Shown here piece by piece: positions 1 to 8,843 of a stretch of 64,000 bases of DNA (positions are counted from its first letter, which is position 1; every line of letters begins with the position of its first letter). The translations under genes were made by a program, and so were the position numbers. The notes beneath the pieces were generated by a model. That model worked only from the letters and a program-made list of their open reading frames with translations, had not been told where the DNA came from and searched no databases. Source of the stretch: Paracoccaceae bacterium (GTDB lineage: Bacteria; Pseudomonadota; Alphaproteobacteria; Rhodobacterales; Rhodobacteraceae); contig JAWKWW010000009.1 of NCBI GenBank assembly GCA_041397385.1, forward strand, positions 52,016-116,015. Direction: 5' to 3'.

Positions 1-2066
1 CGATCCTCTCCGTCGAGGCCGGACGTGCCCGGCTCGCCGGCTTGCTCGAGGGCTTTCGCCGCGATGTGCTGGCCTGGCACGGCGATGCGAGCCGGACAAC
101 GCCCGCACTCGGGTTGCGGGCGACGGTCGGCCTTGGCAAGTCCCGAATGGCAATGCGGATGTGCCTCGATCTGGCCCGGACATTGCGGGAAGGGAATCTG
201 CCATCGCGGATTCTGGTGTTCACACCGTCGCTCGGCCTTGCCGACGAAGCGGCCGAAGCCTGGCGGAACGCGGGCGCACGGGCCGTGGTCGCGCGTGGCT
301 ACGAGCGAACGGACCCGGTGAGCGGCGGGCCGATGTGCCGCGATATCGAGCTTGTCCGGGCTGCGATCGCCAGCCGGCTGCCCATACAGGATACCGTCTG
401 CCGCGGCCGTGACGGGGTAACCTGCCGCCACATTGCAGGCTGCGCAAAGCAACGCAACCGCCGCGAGGTCGCGGCGGCCGATGTTGTCTTCACCGCCTAC
501 GACGCCCTGTTCACCGGCCTTGCCCTGGATCATGACGATATCGCACTGCTGCTCGTCGACGAGAGCTGTTGGGCAAGAGCGGTCGAAACCCGGCAGGCGC
601 TCTCGGTCGAGGAGATCGCCGATGAGCCGGTCGCGGACATGCGCGGCAGTGCCGGCCGGGCATCGGCGGCCATGGCCGACCTTTCGGCCTCCCGGACCAA
701 GCTCGTCTCGGCACTTGTGGCGAATGGCGCCGGCCCGCTGTCCCGCAAAGGCCTTCGCGACGCCGGGCTCACGACCCGGGACTGCCGCCTTGCCGCGCGC
801 TTTGAACTCAGCCGGATCACGGATCCTGGCCTGCGCCCGGACCTTGGCACAATGGAGCGCGATCGGTCCTTGCGTCTGGCGGCGCGAAACGCACGGGCCG
901 GAGATCTGGCCCTTCTTTGGACGACGCTGGCCGATGGGATCGGGGATGGGGATACCGCCTTTGGTCGGGTGTCGATCGCGGCGCGCGACGCCAATGGGCG
1001 GCATCGGATCGATCTGAGTCGATTGCGGGGGCTTCACGTCAGCCTCGCGGGCAAGCCCATCCTGCATCTCGACGCGACGCTGCGGCCGGAACTCGCCCGG
1101 ACGGTCCTGCCGGGCCTTGCCGTCGAAAGCGTCGATGTGGCCGCCCCGCATATGTCCGTGCATCTCGTGGCCGGTCGTTTTGGAAAGGCAACGCTTTGCC
1201 CCGCACCGGGGCTTCCAGAGGCGGAGCGGCTCAGGCGCGCGCGGCGTCTTGCAGAATGCGTCGACCATGTTCACTGGCACGCACGCAGGCTTCATCCCGC
1301 ACCGGTACTGGTTCTCACCTACAAGGCGATCGAGGAGGCCTTCGCCGGCCTGCCGAATGTCGTCACCGGGCATTTCAACGCGATCGCGGGGCTCGATCTC
1401 TTTCGCGAGGTTGGCGCGGTATTCGTGATCGGACGGCCACAGCCAGCCCGGCACGACCTCGAACGCCTGTGCGCGGCGCTGTTCGATCATGTGCCGGCGG
1501 GCGGTTACCGACAGGGTCAAGCCGGCGTCGCGCTGCGTTCGGGACACGCCTGCAGCCTGCCGGTCCTTCGGCATTCCGATCCGACGGCCGAGATCCTCCG
1601 GGCGGCGATCTGCGACGATGAAATCGTCCAGGCGATCGGTCGTGGTCGCGGCGTAAACCGGACCGCCTGTTCGCCGCTCGTCGTGCATGTCCTGGGCGAC
1701 GTGGTGCCACCTGTGCTCTGCGAACGGGTGACGGCCTGGGATGCACTTCGCCCGGACATCCTGCAGCGCATGCTGCTGGCCGGGTTTGCCGTCGACAGCC
1801 CGGCGGATGCCGTGGTGCTGCATCCGACCCTCTTTGCGAATGCGGAGCAGGCGAAGAAGGCCCTCGAACGAGCCGGATTTAAGGGACAAACCCCTTTGGG
1901 AAACTCTTATAGGGAAATGTCCCTCAAATCGGCGACCTACCGAAGGCCTGGCCGTGGCCGGTCCTGGCAGAGGGCCTGGTGGATCGAGGCGAATTCGGAT
2001 GCGACGCGCGAGGGGCTTGAAGCTGCACTGGGTCCGCTTGCAGGCTGGATCCCCGGGGACGGATAG
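1..2066 (+). CDS. Phage/satellite-type SF2 helicase-like replication protein, 5' end outside the window
   Basis: Frame is open from the window start. Walker A-like GLRATVGLGKS, Cys cluster (C..C..C..C), Walker B-like LLVDES, LHLDAT (motif III), QAIGRGRG (motif VI). Confidence 0.65.
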   Translation, partial: ILSVEAGRARLAGLLEGFRRDVLAWHGDASRTTPALGLRATVGLGKSRMAMRMCLDLARTLREGNLPSRILVFTPSLGLADEAAEAWRNAGARAVVARGYERTDPVSGGPMCRDIELVRAAIASRLPIQDTVCRGRDGVTCRHIAGCAKQRNRREVAAADVVFTAYDALFTGLALDHDDIALLLVDESCWARAVETRQALSVEEIADEPVADMRGSAGRASAAMADLSASRTKLVSALVANGAGPLSRKGLRDAGLTTRDCRLAARFELSRITDPGLRPDLGTMERDRSLRLAARNARAGDLALLWTTLADGIGDGDTAFGRVSIAARDANGRHRIDLSRLRGLHVSLAGKPILHLDATLRPELARTVLPGLAVESVDVAAPHMSVHLVAGRFGKATLCPAPGLPEAERLRRARRLAECVDHVHWHARRLHPAPVLVLTYKAIEEAFAGLPNVVTGHFNAIAGLDLFREVGAVFVIGRPQPARHDLERLCAALFDHVPAGGYRQGQAGVALRSGHACSLPVLRHSDPTAEILRAAICDDEIVQAIGRGRGVNRTACSPLVVHVLGDVVPPVLCERVTAWDALRPDILQRMLLAGFAVDSPADAVVLHPTLFANAEQAKKALERAGFKGQTPLGNSYREMSLKSATYRRPGRGRSWQRAWWIEANSDATREGLEAALGPLAGWIPGDG

Positions 2067-2238
2067 CACTCCCGCTGCTGTTTGCGCCAGCCCGGTCCGA
2101 TCTTCGGCCAGCCCGGCAAAGGCGCCTGTCCGCTTCTGTCATCCGCTGTCCTGAAATGTCATTAAATGTAGGAATTACAATGCCTTGATTGGGCATGCTA
2201 TTCTACCTTCAAGACATCGCGATTACCCGAGGGGGGCC

Positions 2239-3510
2239 ATGGGACGTCCGATCACAACAAAACCCCGGCCATCGGAGCCACCGCTGGAGATGCCTGCGGT
2301 TGTCCGGAGGGCGACTACCGACCTGGTTCCCTACGCACGAAACGCCCGCACCCATTCGGATGCGCAGGTGGCGCTCATTGCCGGCTCGATCCGCGAATAC
2401 GGGTTCACCAACCCGATCCTCGTCGATGGCGAGAACGGCATCATCGCCGGTCACGGACGCGTATTGGCGGCGCGGAAGTTGGGGCTCCCGGACGTTCCCG
2501 CGATCGAGCTATCCCATCTGAGCGAAGCACAGAAACGGGCCTACATCCTCGCCGACAACCGTCTTGCCGAGCAGGCGGGCTGGGATCGCGACCTTCTGGC
2601 TCTGGAACTGGGTGAATTGGCGGAGCTGGGCGTGGAGCTTCCCGATCTCGGCTTCGAGGCGGCGGAGATCGATGCTCTTCTTTCGCCCGATGCCCCCAAT
2701 CCCCGCGAGGAAGCGACCCCGGAGTTGCCGGCGGCACCAGTCACGCGCGCGGGCGATCTCTGGCATCTCGGGCCGCACCGGCTGATCTGCGGAAGCGCCA
2801 CCGACCCCGACACCGTCGCACGGGTCCTCGGCCCGATCCGGCCGCATCTCATGGTGACCGACCCACCCTATGGCGTTCGATACGATCCGGGCTGGCGTAA
2901 CCGGGCCGGGGTCGCGCGCACCGGGCGAACCGGCAAGGTGCTCAACGACGATCGGGCCGACTGGCGCGAGGCCTGGGCGCTCTTTCCGGGTTCGGTCACC
3001 TATGTCTGGCACGGCGCACTGCATGCGGCGACGGTGGCCGACAGCCTCGAGGCCTGCGGCTTCACTATCCGTTCGCAGATCATCTGGAGCAAGGAACGGC
3101 TTGTGCTCTCGCGCGGCCACTACCATTGGCAGCACGAGCCCTGCTGGTACGCCGTGAAGGGCAAGGGGTGCTGGAATGGCGACCGCCGGCAGACCACGCT
3201 CTGGCAGATCGCGAGCCGCGATCAGGATGCCGAGACGGTGCATGGGACACAGAAGCCGGTGGAATGCATGCGGCGACCGATCCGCAACAACTCGAGCCCC
3301 GGTCAGGCGATCTACGACCCGTTCTGCGGGTCCGGCACCACGATCATCGCGGCGGAAACCGTCGGGCGCGCCTGTTACGCGATCGAACTCGATCCGGCCT
3401 ATGTCGATGTTGCGGTGTTGCGCTGGCAGAGCCTGACCGGGAAACCGGCGGTGCACGATCTGGACGGGGGCAGCTTTGCGGATCTGTCGCGGCAGCGGGG
3501 AGTGGCGTGA
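2239..3510 (+). CDS. ParB N-terminal domain fused to N4/N6 DNA methyltransferase
   Basis: LVPYARNARTHS...IIAGHGR ParB-like N-terminus; DPPY catalytic motif; HGTQKP; YDPFCGSGTT SAM-binding motif. GAGGGG precedes ATG 2239. Confidence 0.9.
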   Translation: MGRPITTKPRPSEPPLEMPAVVRRATTDLVPYARNARTHSDAQVALIAGSIREYGFTNPILVDGENGIIAGHGRVLAARKLGLPDVPAIELSHLSEAQKRAYILADNRLAEQAGWDRDLLALELGELAELGVELPDLGFEAAEIDALLSPDAPNPREEATPELPAAPVTRAGDLWHLGPHRLICGSATDPDTVARVLGPIRPHLMVTDPPYGVRYDPGWRNRAGVARTGRTGKVLNDDRADWREAWALFPGSVTYVWHGALHAATVADSLEACGFTIRSQIIWSKERLVLSRGHYHWQHEPCWYAVKGKGCWNGDRRQTTLWQIASRDQDAETVHGTQKPVECMRRPIRNNSSPGQAIYDPFCGSGTTIIAAETVGRACYAIELDPAYVDVAVLRWQSLTGKPAVHDLDGGSFADLSRQRGVA

Positions 3511-3728
3511 TGGGGCGGAATAGCATGAGCAACGATAGGGTCCTGTCCTTCGCCGCCGCCATCGCGCTGGTACTGGTCACGATCCCCTTGGGCGCTCCGG
3601 TACCCGATGTCGCGCTGGTGCGGGTCTGGCTCGGCACCGTAACGAGCTGGCTGTTTCGCCGCCGTCCAACTGCGACCGTCGCTGGCCGGCGACACCGGCC
3701 TGGCCGTCTGCACGCGGCGGCTGACTGA
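3510..3728 (+). CDS. Small hypothetical membrane protein
   Basis: TGATG coupling to both neighbours; hydrophobic stretch FAAAIALVLVTIPLG. Confidence 0.45.
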   Translation: MGRNSMSNDRVLSFAAAIALVLVTIPLGAPVPDVALVRVWLGTVTSWLFRRRPTATVAGRRHRPGRLHAAAD

Positions 3729-4159
3729 TGCCGCCCGCCCCGTTCCGGCTGACCGACGATCAGTGCCGTGAGGTCGAGACGCTGGCCGCACTTCTCAACC
3801 AGGACCAGATCGCGGACTACTTCGGAATATCGCGGACGACCTTCCACGCCCTCTGCGCGCGCGAGCCCGAGGTTCGCGAACGCTATAAAAGGGGTAAGGC
3901 CCGCGCGATTGCGCATGTTGCCAACGGTCTTTTGCAGAAAGCACGTTCGGGTGATACGACCTCGGCCATCTTCTATCTCAAGACCCAGGCCGGATGGCGG
4001 GAAACCGAGCGGGTCGAGCATACCGGGCCAGAGGGCGAACCCATCGCGGTCTCTTCCGGTCTCGACCGCCTCGTGGCGATGCTCGACCGCATCCGGGAAC
4101 GGAATGCCGCAGCGCTGGCCCCGGAAGCGATCGATGTGACCGCAGAGGACGCGCACTGA
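3728..4159 (+). CDS. HTH-type phage terminase small subunit-like protein
   Basis: QIADYFGISRTTF HTH, ARSGDTTSAIFYLKT and VEHTGPEGEPI, all typical of TerS-like proteins. Confidence 0.7.
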   Translation: MPPAPFRLTDDQCREVETLAALLNQDQIADYFGISRTTFHALCAREPEVRERYKRGKARAIAHVANGLLQKARSGDTTSAIFYLKTQAGWRETERVEHTGPEGEPIAVSSGLDRLVAMLDRIRERNAAALAPEAIDVTAEDAH

Positions 4160-4659
4160 TGCCGCGTGGTCGCAAGCCCCTGGCGCGACGGACCGCGGCC
4201 GGTTCGCCGCTCAACGCCTGTCCGCGCTGCCCCGACCATCTCTCCGCAGCGGCTCGGCGCGAATGGCGACGGCTTTCCACGCCGTTGCATGCGGCCGGTG
4301 TCTTGACCGTCGCCGACCGCGCCGCGCTTGCGGCGTATTGCCAGGCCTGGGCGCGTTGGGTCGAGGCAGAGGAGCAGTTGCGCAAGACGCCGCCGCTTCT
4401 GAAAACTCCTTCGGGCTATGTGCAACAGTCGCCCTGGCTCGCGGTCGCCAACAAGCAGCTGGAACTGATGGCGCGGTTCATGGCCGAGCTCGGGTTGAGC
4501 CCGGCGGCACGGGCCCGGCTCGGATTGCCGGATCCGCAGCATGACGAAGTGACCCGGATCGAGGTGGTGATGATCTCTACCGGACCGGACGGCCGCCAGA
4601 TCGAAGAACCGTTGCACCGCCCCGGGCTTGCACCCCCGGCGCAAAGAATCGGGGAGTGA
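4159..4659 (+). CDS. Phage terminase small subunit, P27 family
   Basis: MPRGRKP...PDHLSAAARREW...DRAALAAYC...QQSPW...ELGLSPAAR. TGATG coupling at 4157-4161. Confidence 0.85.
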   Translation: MPRGRKPLARRTAAGSPLNACPRCPDHLSAAARREWRRLSTPLHAAGVLTVADRAALAAYCQAWARWVEAEEQLRKTPPLLKTPSGYVQQSPWLAVANKQLELMARFMAELGLSPAARARLGLPDPQHDEVTRIEVVMISTGPDGRQIEEPLHRPGLAPPAQRIGE

Positions 4660-4719
4660 AACGAGAGGCAAGGCCCTGAACACGGTCGTCGTGCTGCTAC
4701 ACTAAGAGAGCAGAGTACG

Positions 4720-4757
4720 GTACAGATCTGCGCAACCGACGTCAGGCAGGTCTGTAC
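4720..4757. promoter_or_regulatory. 12-bp inverted repeat abutting the recombinase start (res/operator-like)
   Basis: GTACAGATCTGC-N14-GCAGGTCTGTAC, one mismatch, ending at the ATG at 4758. Confidence 0.6.
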
Positions 4758-5477
4758 ATGGCAGCAAGTTCCGACACGCCCGAGCGTTTTGTTGCTTACT
4801 TGCGCGTCTCGACTGCGCGGCAGGGACGCTCGGGTCTCGGTCTCGAAGCCCAGAGCCAGGCCATCGGAGCCTTCCTGTCGTCACGTCCCTCGCTGCTTAT
4901 CGCGACCTGTAAGGAGGTCGAAAGCGGGTCGCGCAACGATCGGCCGGAGCTCGCTCGCGCGCTTACCCATGCCCGTCTGACTGGGGCTGTTCTGCTCATC
5001 GCCAAGCTTGACCGGCTGTCGCGCAACGCCGCCTTCCTGCTGACCCTTCGCGACAGCGGGGTGCGCTTCGTTGCCTGCGACATGCCGGAGGCCAACAGCC
5101 TGTCGGTCGGGATCATGGCGGTGGTTGCCGAAGCCGAACGCGAGGCGATCTCGCGGCGAACCCGGGAGGCGCTGGCGGCGGCGAAGGCCCGCGGCGTCCG
5201 GCTCGGCAACCCCAACGGGGCTGAGGCGCTCCGTCGGGCCGGCAAGGGCGGCGTCGCGCTCCGGGCCAGGGTCTCGGCCAATGCCGATGCCTTTGCCGCA
5301 ACTCTCGCGCCGGTGATCGCGGCCATCCGTGCGGATGGCCACACCAGCCTGCGCGCTATCGCTGCGCAACTGACAGCACGCGGGATCCGGACGCGCCGCG
5401 GCGGTCGGTGGCATGTCTCCAATGTCAGTGGGCTCCTGGCGCGCATGTCCCGGGCCGACGACGAAGGGCAAGACTGA
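4758..5477 (+). CDS. Serine recombinase (resolvase family)
   Basis: AYLRVST catalytic Ser motif, KLDRLSRN, GVRLGNP, C-terminal SLRAIAAQL..RG..TRRGGRW. Confidence 0.92.
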   Translation: MAASSDTPERFVAYLRVSTARQGRSGLGLEAQSQAIGAFLSSRPSLLIATCKEVESGSRNDRPELARALTHARLTGAVLLIAKLDRLSRNAAFLLTLRDSGVRFVACDMPEANSLSVGIMAVVAEAEREAISRRTREALAAAKARGVRLGNPNGAEALRRAGKGGVALRARVSANADAFAATLAPVIAAIRADGHTSLRAIAAQLTARGIRTRRGGRWHVSNVSGLLARMSRADDEGQD

Positions 5478-5577
5478 ACATAAGCGCCGACTTGCCGCGT
5501 GCCGGTTTGGCAATTCGCGCCGGCTTCTCGCCGACCGCGCTTAACCTCCGGGCTGGAGTGTCGGGCCCTTGGCTTTC

Positions 5578-5697
5578 AAGATCGAGCCCGGCGGCGGTGA
5601 GGCGATCGGGCTGGACTGCATCACGCTATGTGAAGGCAGCAAGCGGTCGCGGTCGCGCAAGCAAGGCGGTGAGGACGGTTTCGCGGGTGATGGACAT
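5578..5697 (-). pseudogene. Degenerate 5' remnant of the phage tail-region gene at 8399
   Basis: Reads MSITRETVLTALLARPRPLAAFT*RDAVQPDRLTAAGL versus MPTPRETILAALHARLSALPATALRGEVLPVRIPAEGL at 8399. Confidence 0.65.
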
Positions 5698-5734
5698 GTT
5701 TTTGAAACGGTCGGCTTTGAATTGAAGCGGATCG

Positions 5735-6067
5735 TCATCCAAGGGTTGGAGGGTTTGCTGGCGGCCATATCTGGTCGGCTGTCCTCAGTACTCGCTGCTG
5801 CTGAGGCCGAGTTACCTTCCAGAAAACACACTCAATACCGTCAGTCTTCGTGGAGTAATGGGCCGCGATCCTCACGTTGAATGTGGTTGGAATGGCGGCC
5901 ATCAGTTCCGGAGCTGAAGCTCTGACGAACTTCTGAAGGGCAAGGTTGACATTTGCCAAGTTGACTTGGTTCGGCGCATCGCGCGCTGTACCTACAGCAT
6001 TCCGTTGTTGTAACAGCGTGCTTACCACATTTTGTCGCGGTTGCTGGTCGAAATCGAAAAGTCCCAT
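5735..6067 (-). CDS. Hypothetical protein, lower GC
   Basis: 110-aa ORF with non-shadow composition; no motif recognised. Confidence 0.35.
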   Translation of the reverse strand: MGLFDFDQQPRQNVVSTLLQQRNAVGTARDAPNQVNLANVNLALQKFVRASAPELMAAIPTTFNVRIAAHYSTKTDGIECVFWKVTRPQQQRVLRTADQIWPPANPPTLG

Positions 6068-6141
6068 GCGATTTCAGAAAACGGCGCGCATGGACGAGGC
6101 CGAAGGGTCACCAATCCGGAAACGGAAACCGGAGTGACCAG

Positions 6142-6525
6142 ATGACCCAGATCCTCGATGCCGCCCAAGACCTTCTGTCGTTGTATGTCGACGTATTCGG
6201 AGGAGATCTCCTGCGCTACCTTCTCGGCGCCGGAGGCGTCTACATGGCGATCAATCTCGCGATGTCGCGCCATCTTGCAGGCCAGAAAATCGGTGAGCGC
6301 AATATACCTGAATGCCAGATGCCCCGCGAGATACGCGCTAGCATCCGCACGGTCGCCATTTTCGCGGCTGCCGGCACAATGATTGCCGTCGGAGCCCGAA
6401 GCGGCATCATGACGGTGTATTCGGACGTCTCAACTTACGGTGTCGCGTATTTCTGGATCAGCACGGCTCTCCTGATCTTCCTTCACGACGCGTGGTTCTA
6501 CTGGACGCATCGGGCGTTGCACTAA
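6142..6525 (+). pseudogene. Sterol desaturase / fatty acid hydroxylase family, N-terminal fragment
   Basis: Ends at the first His box HDAWFYWTHRALH*; later His boxes absent. Confidence 0.75.
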
Positions 6526-6675
6526 GGTCGGCCCCGGTGGTCGGTGATCGCGGTTCTGTCGGCTCGACGTGCGTCCCGATGACTTGCTTGCGCTTTGACG
6601 CCATTCGGTGAAAAGTCAGTTTGGCGGCAGGTTCTAGGGCGTCACCATGCTGTCCAGCTTGCGTTCTAAAGAAAT

Positions 6676-6690
6676 GTTCTATATTTGTTC
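6676..6690 (+). promoter_or_regulatory. Alphaproteobacterial LexA (SOS) box
   Basis: GTTC-TATATTT-GTTC matches the GTTC-N7-GTTC consensus, about 40 nt upstream of the dprA-like ATG. Confidence 0.75.
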
Positions 6691-6732
6691 TGCATCATTC
6701 ACTGGATGCATAGCGCGGAAAGGAGGGGGATA

Positions 6733-7641
6733 ATGCAGCTTGAGTTACAGGCCGACGACTTTTCCGATCGCGCCGTTTCGCCGTTCCACGAACTGGGTGC
6801 TTACGAAGCACTCTGGGAGGAACAGAAGGCGAGTTTCAAGTCCATCGCAGACATGTTTGCCAAGCGCGAAGGATCCTTGCCGTCTGATTTCGTGGAGCGG
6901 TCGCGCGCCGTCAGCTACGCCAACGATGTTCATGCCATGTTGCGAGACGCCGGCGTAGAGCACTATGGTGTTCGCATTCATGGCGCTGGCGACTACCCTG
7001 AGCGCCTTCGTGTCGCGGACCACCCGATTGAGCTCCTGTACTTCCAGGGTTGGTGGGACCTTGTCAACTCGCCGCGGGCGGTTGCTGTGGTCGGTACGCG
7101 CAAACCCACCGAAGAAGGGCTTGCGAGAACGCGCAGGCTGGTGAAGTCTCTGCTGGCCGACGACTTCACCATCGTGTCGGGTCTTGCCGCAGGGGTCGAC
7201 ACCGCTGCCCACACGACGGCAATCGAGAATGGCGGACGGACAATCGCCGTGCTTGGGACCCCGCTCCTGAAAGCATACCCGGCGGCCAATGCGCGGCTGC
7301 AACGCGAGATTGCCCGCAACCACCTACTGATCAGTCAGGTGCCGGTGAAGCGGTACAGTGCACAGAAGAATCCGGTTGCGAACAATTTCTTCTTCCCGGA
7401 GCGGAACATCACGATGTCCGCGCTGACGCAAGCCACGATCATCGTCGAGGCCGGGGAGACCTCGGGGACCCTGATCCAGGCTCGACATGCGCTTAAACAG
7501 GGGCGGAAGGTCTTCATCCTCGAGAGCAATTTCCGCAAGCCGGGGCTGAAGTGGCCCCACACATTGGAAGAACGCGGCGCGATCAGAGTGGCCGACTATG
7601 ACGACATCCGCAGGCACCTCCTATCCGTCGCGCTTCACTAG
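6733..7641 (+). CDS. DprA/Smf-family protein (Rossmann fold, no C-terminal winged helix), ShosA-like
   Basis: VAVVGTRKPT, IVSGLAAGVDTAAH, FPERNITMSAL, IVEAGETSGTL. AGGAGG RBS at 6721. Confidence 0.9.
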   Translation: MQLELQADDFSDRAVSPFHELGAYEALWEEQKASFKSIADMFAKREGSLPSDFVERSRAVSYANDVHAMLRDAGVEHYGVRIHGAGDYPERLRVADHPIELLYFQGWWDLVNSPRAVAVVGTRKPTEEGLARTRRLVKSLLADDFTIVSGLAAGVDTAAHTTAIENGGRTIAVLGTPLLKAYPAANARLQREIARNHLLISQVPVKRYSAQKNPVANNFFFPERNITMSALTQATIIVEAGETSGTLIQARHALKQGRKVFILESNFRKPGLKWPHTLEERGAIRVADYDDIRRHLLSVALH

Positions 7642-8281
7642 GATCGACGATCTTACTCGTGGCGACCACAATCACCTCCTGCCGGAGGATGAATGCCTGT
7701 TCTTCGGCGACTACTCGGCGCGGAAGGGATGGGCGCACAGCTCCACCAACCAGTTGATACTGAATTTCAAGATCCCGGTGAATTGGCGGGGGACGAACCG
7801 GTGGCCGCACAAGCAGCGCGCGATCCGGACAGTGGCAGATCTGTTCTCGGCCCGAATTGGCCCAAGGTTCGCGGAACTCACCCTTGTCCCGGTGCCGCCG
7901 TCGAAACTAAAGACTGACCCGGAATACGATGACCGAATGATGGACATGCTGAGGGCGCTGAAGCCGCCCGCAGGCCTTTCGGCTGATGTCAGAGAGCTCG
8001 TTACCCAGACCGAACCAATTGGTGCTGCGCATGAAAGTTCCAGTCGTCCGCCGCCCGAAGCATGGGAAAGCGTGTACGAAATTGATGAGGCGTTGACCGG
8101 GCAATCGCCAAGATGGATCGGCATCGTCGATGACCTGCTTGTGACAGGCTGCCGGTTTCGGGCCATGTCAAACGTCCTGAGCCGACGCTTTCCGGAGGCA
8201 AGGATTACTGGACTCTTCATCGCGCGGCGTGTGCCAGAAGCCATCGATTTCTCTGACTTTTTCGACCAGATCGACGACTGA
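7598..8281 (+). CDS. ComF-like phosphoribosyltransferase, putative toxin partner of the DprA-like protein
   Basis: LVPVPPS and PRPP-loop IVDDLLVTG; overlaps the 3' end of the dprA-like gene. Confidence 0.8.
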   Translation: MTTSAGTSYPSRFTRIDDLTRGDHNHLLPEDECLFFGDYSARKGWAHSSTNQLILNFKIPVNWRGTNRWPHKQRAIRTVADLFSARIGPRFAELTLVPVPPSKLKTDPEYDDRMMDMLRALKPPAGLSADVRELVTQTEPIGAAHESSSRPPPEAWESVYEIDEALTGQSPRWIGIVDDLLVTGCRFRAMSNVLSRRFPEARITGLFIARRVPEAIDFSDFFDQIDD

Positions 8282-8398
8282 AGCTCGGTTTCGAAGTCCG
8301 ATAGAGCAATGATCCGACTTGGCCGAAACGTGTGCAAGGCCAATGTGTCGTCGTATTCCACGCTATAGCCTCCCTTCTGGACTGGAGCCCCTTCGGTC

Positions 8399-8819
8399 GT
8401 GCCCACGCCCCGCGAAACCATCCTCGCCGCGCTGCACGCGCGGCTCTCGGCGCTGCCCGCCACCGCCCTTCGCGGCGAGGTACTGCCAGTGCGTATCCCG
8501 GCCGAGGGCCTGCTGATCCTGCGCGACGGCGAGCCGGGGGAGCCCGAGGTCACGCTGTCGCCCCTGCGCTACAACTACCAGCACCGCGCCGAGATCGAGG
8601 CGGTCGTGCAAGGCGCCGACCGTGACACCGCCTTCGACACGTTGACCGCCAGCATCGGCGCAGCGCTTGCCGCCGACCGCACGCTGGGCGGGCTCTGCGA
8701 CTGGGTCGAGGCGGAAGCGCCGCGCCCTTTGGACCTGCCCGTCGAGGGCGCGTCCAGCCTGAAGGCCGCCGTCATTCCGGTCGTCCTTCCACTACACCAC
8801 GGCCGATCCGCTCGGCTGA
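8399..8819 (+). CDS. Phage tail completion-like protein (1-nt frameshift near 8789)
   Basis: Lies just before the tail tube gene; removing one C restores ...VVLHYTTADPLG*. Confidence 0.65.
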
Positions 8820-8843
8820 TCCCACCTTCAACAGGAGAACACC

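Noticed and set aside
2085-2116. GCCAGCCCGG direct repeat as iteron or packaging site
   Set aside because: Only two GC-rich 10-mers; could be chance.
6733-8281. Natural competence locus (dprA-comF)
   Set aside because: DprA lacks the C-terminal domain, the PRTase lacks the ComF zinc finger, and the context is prophage cargo.
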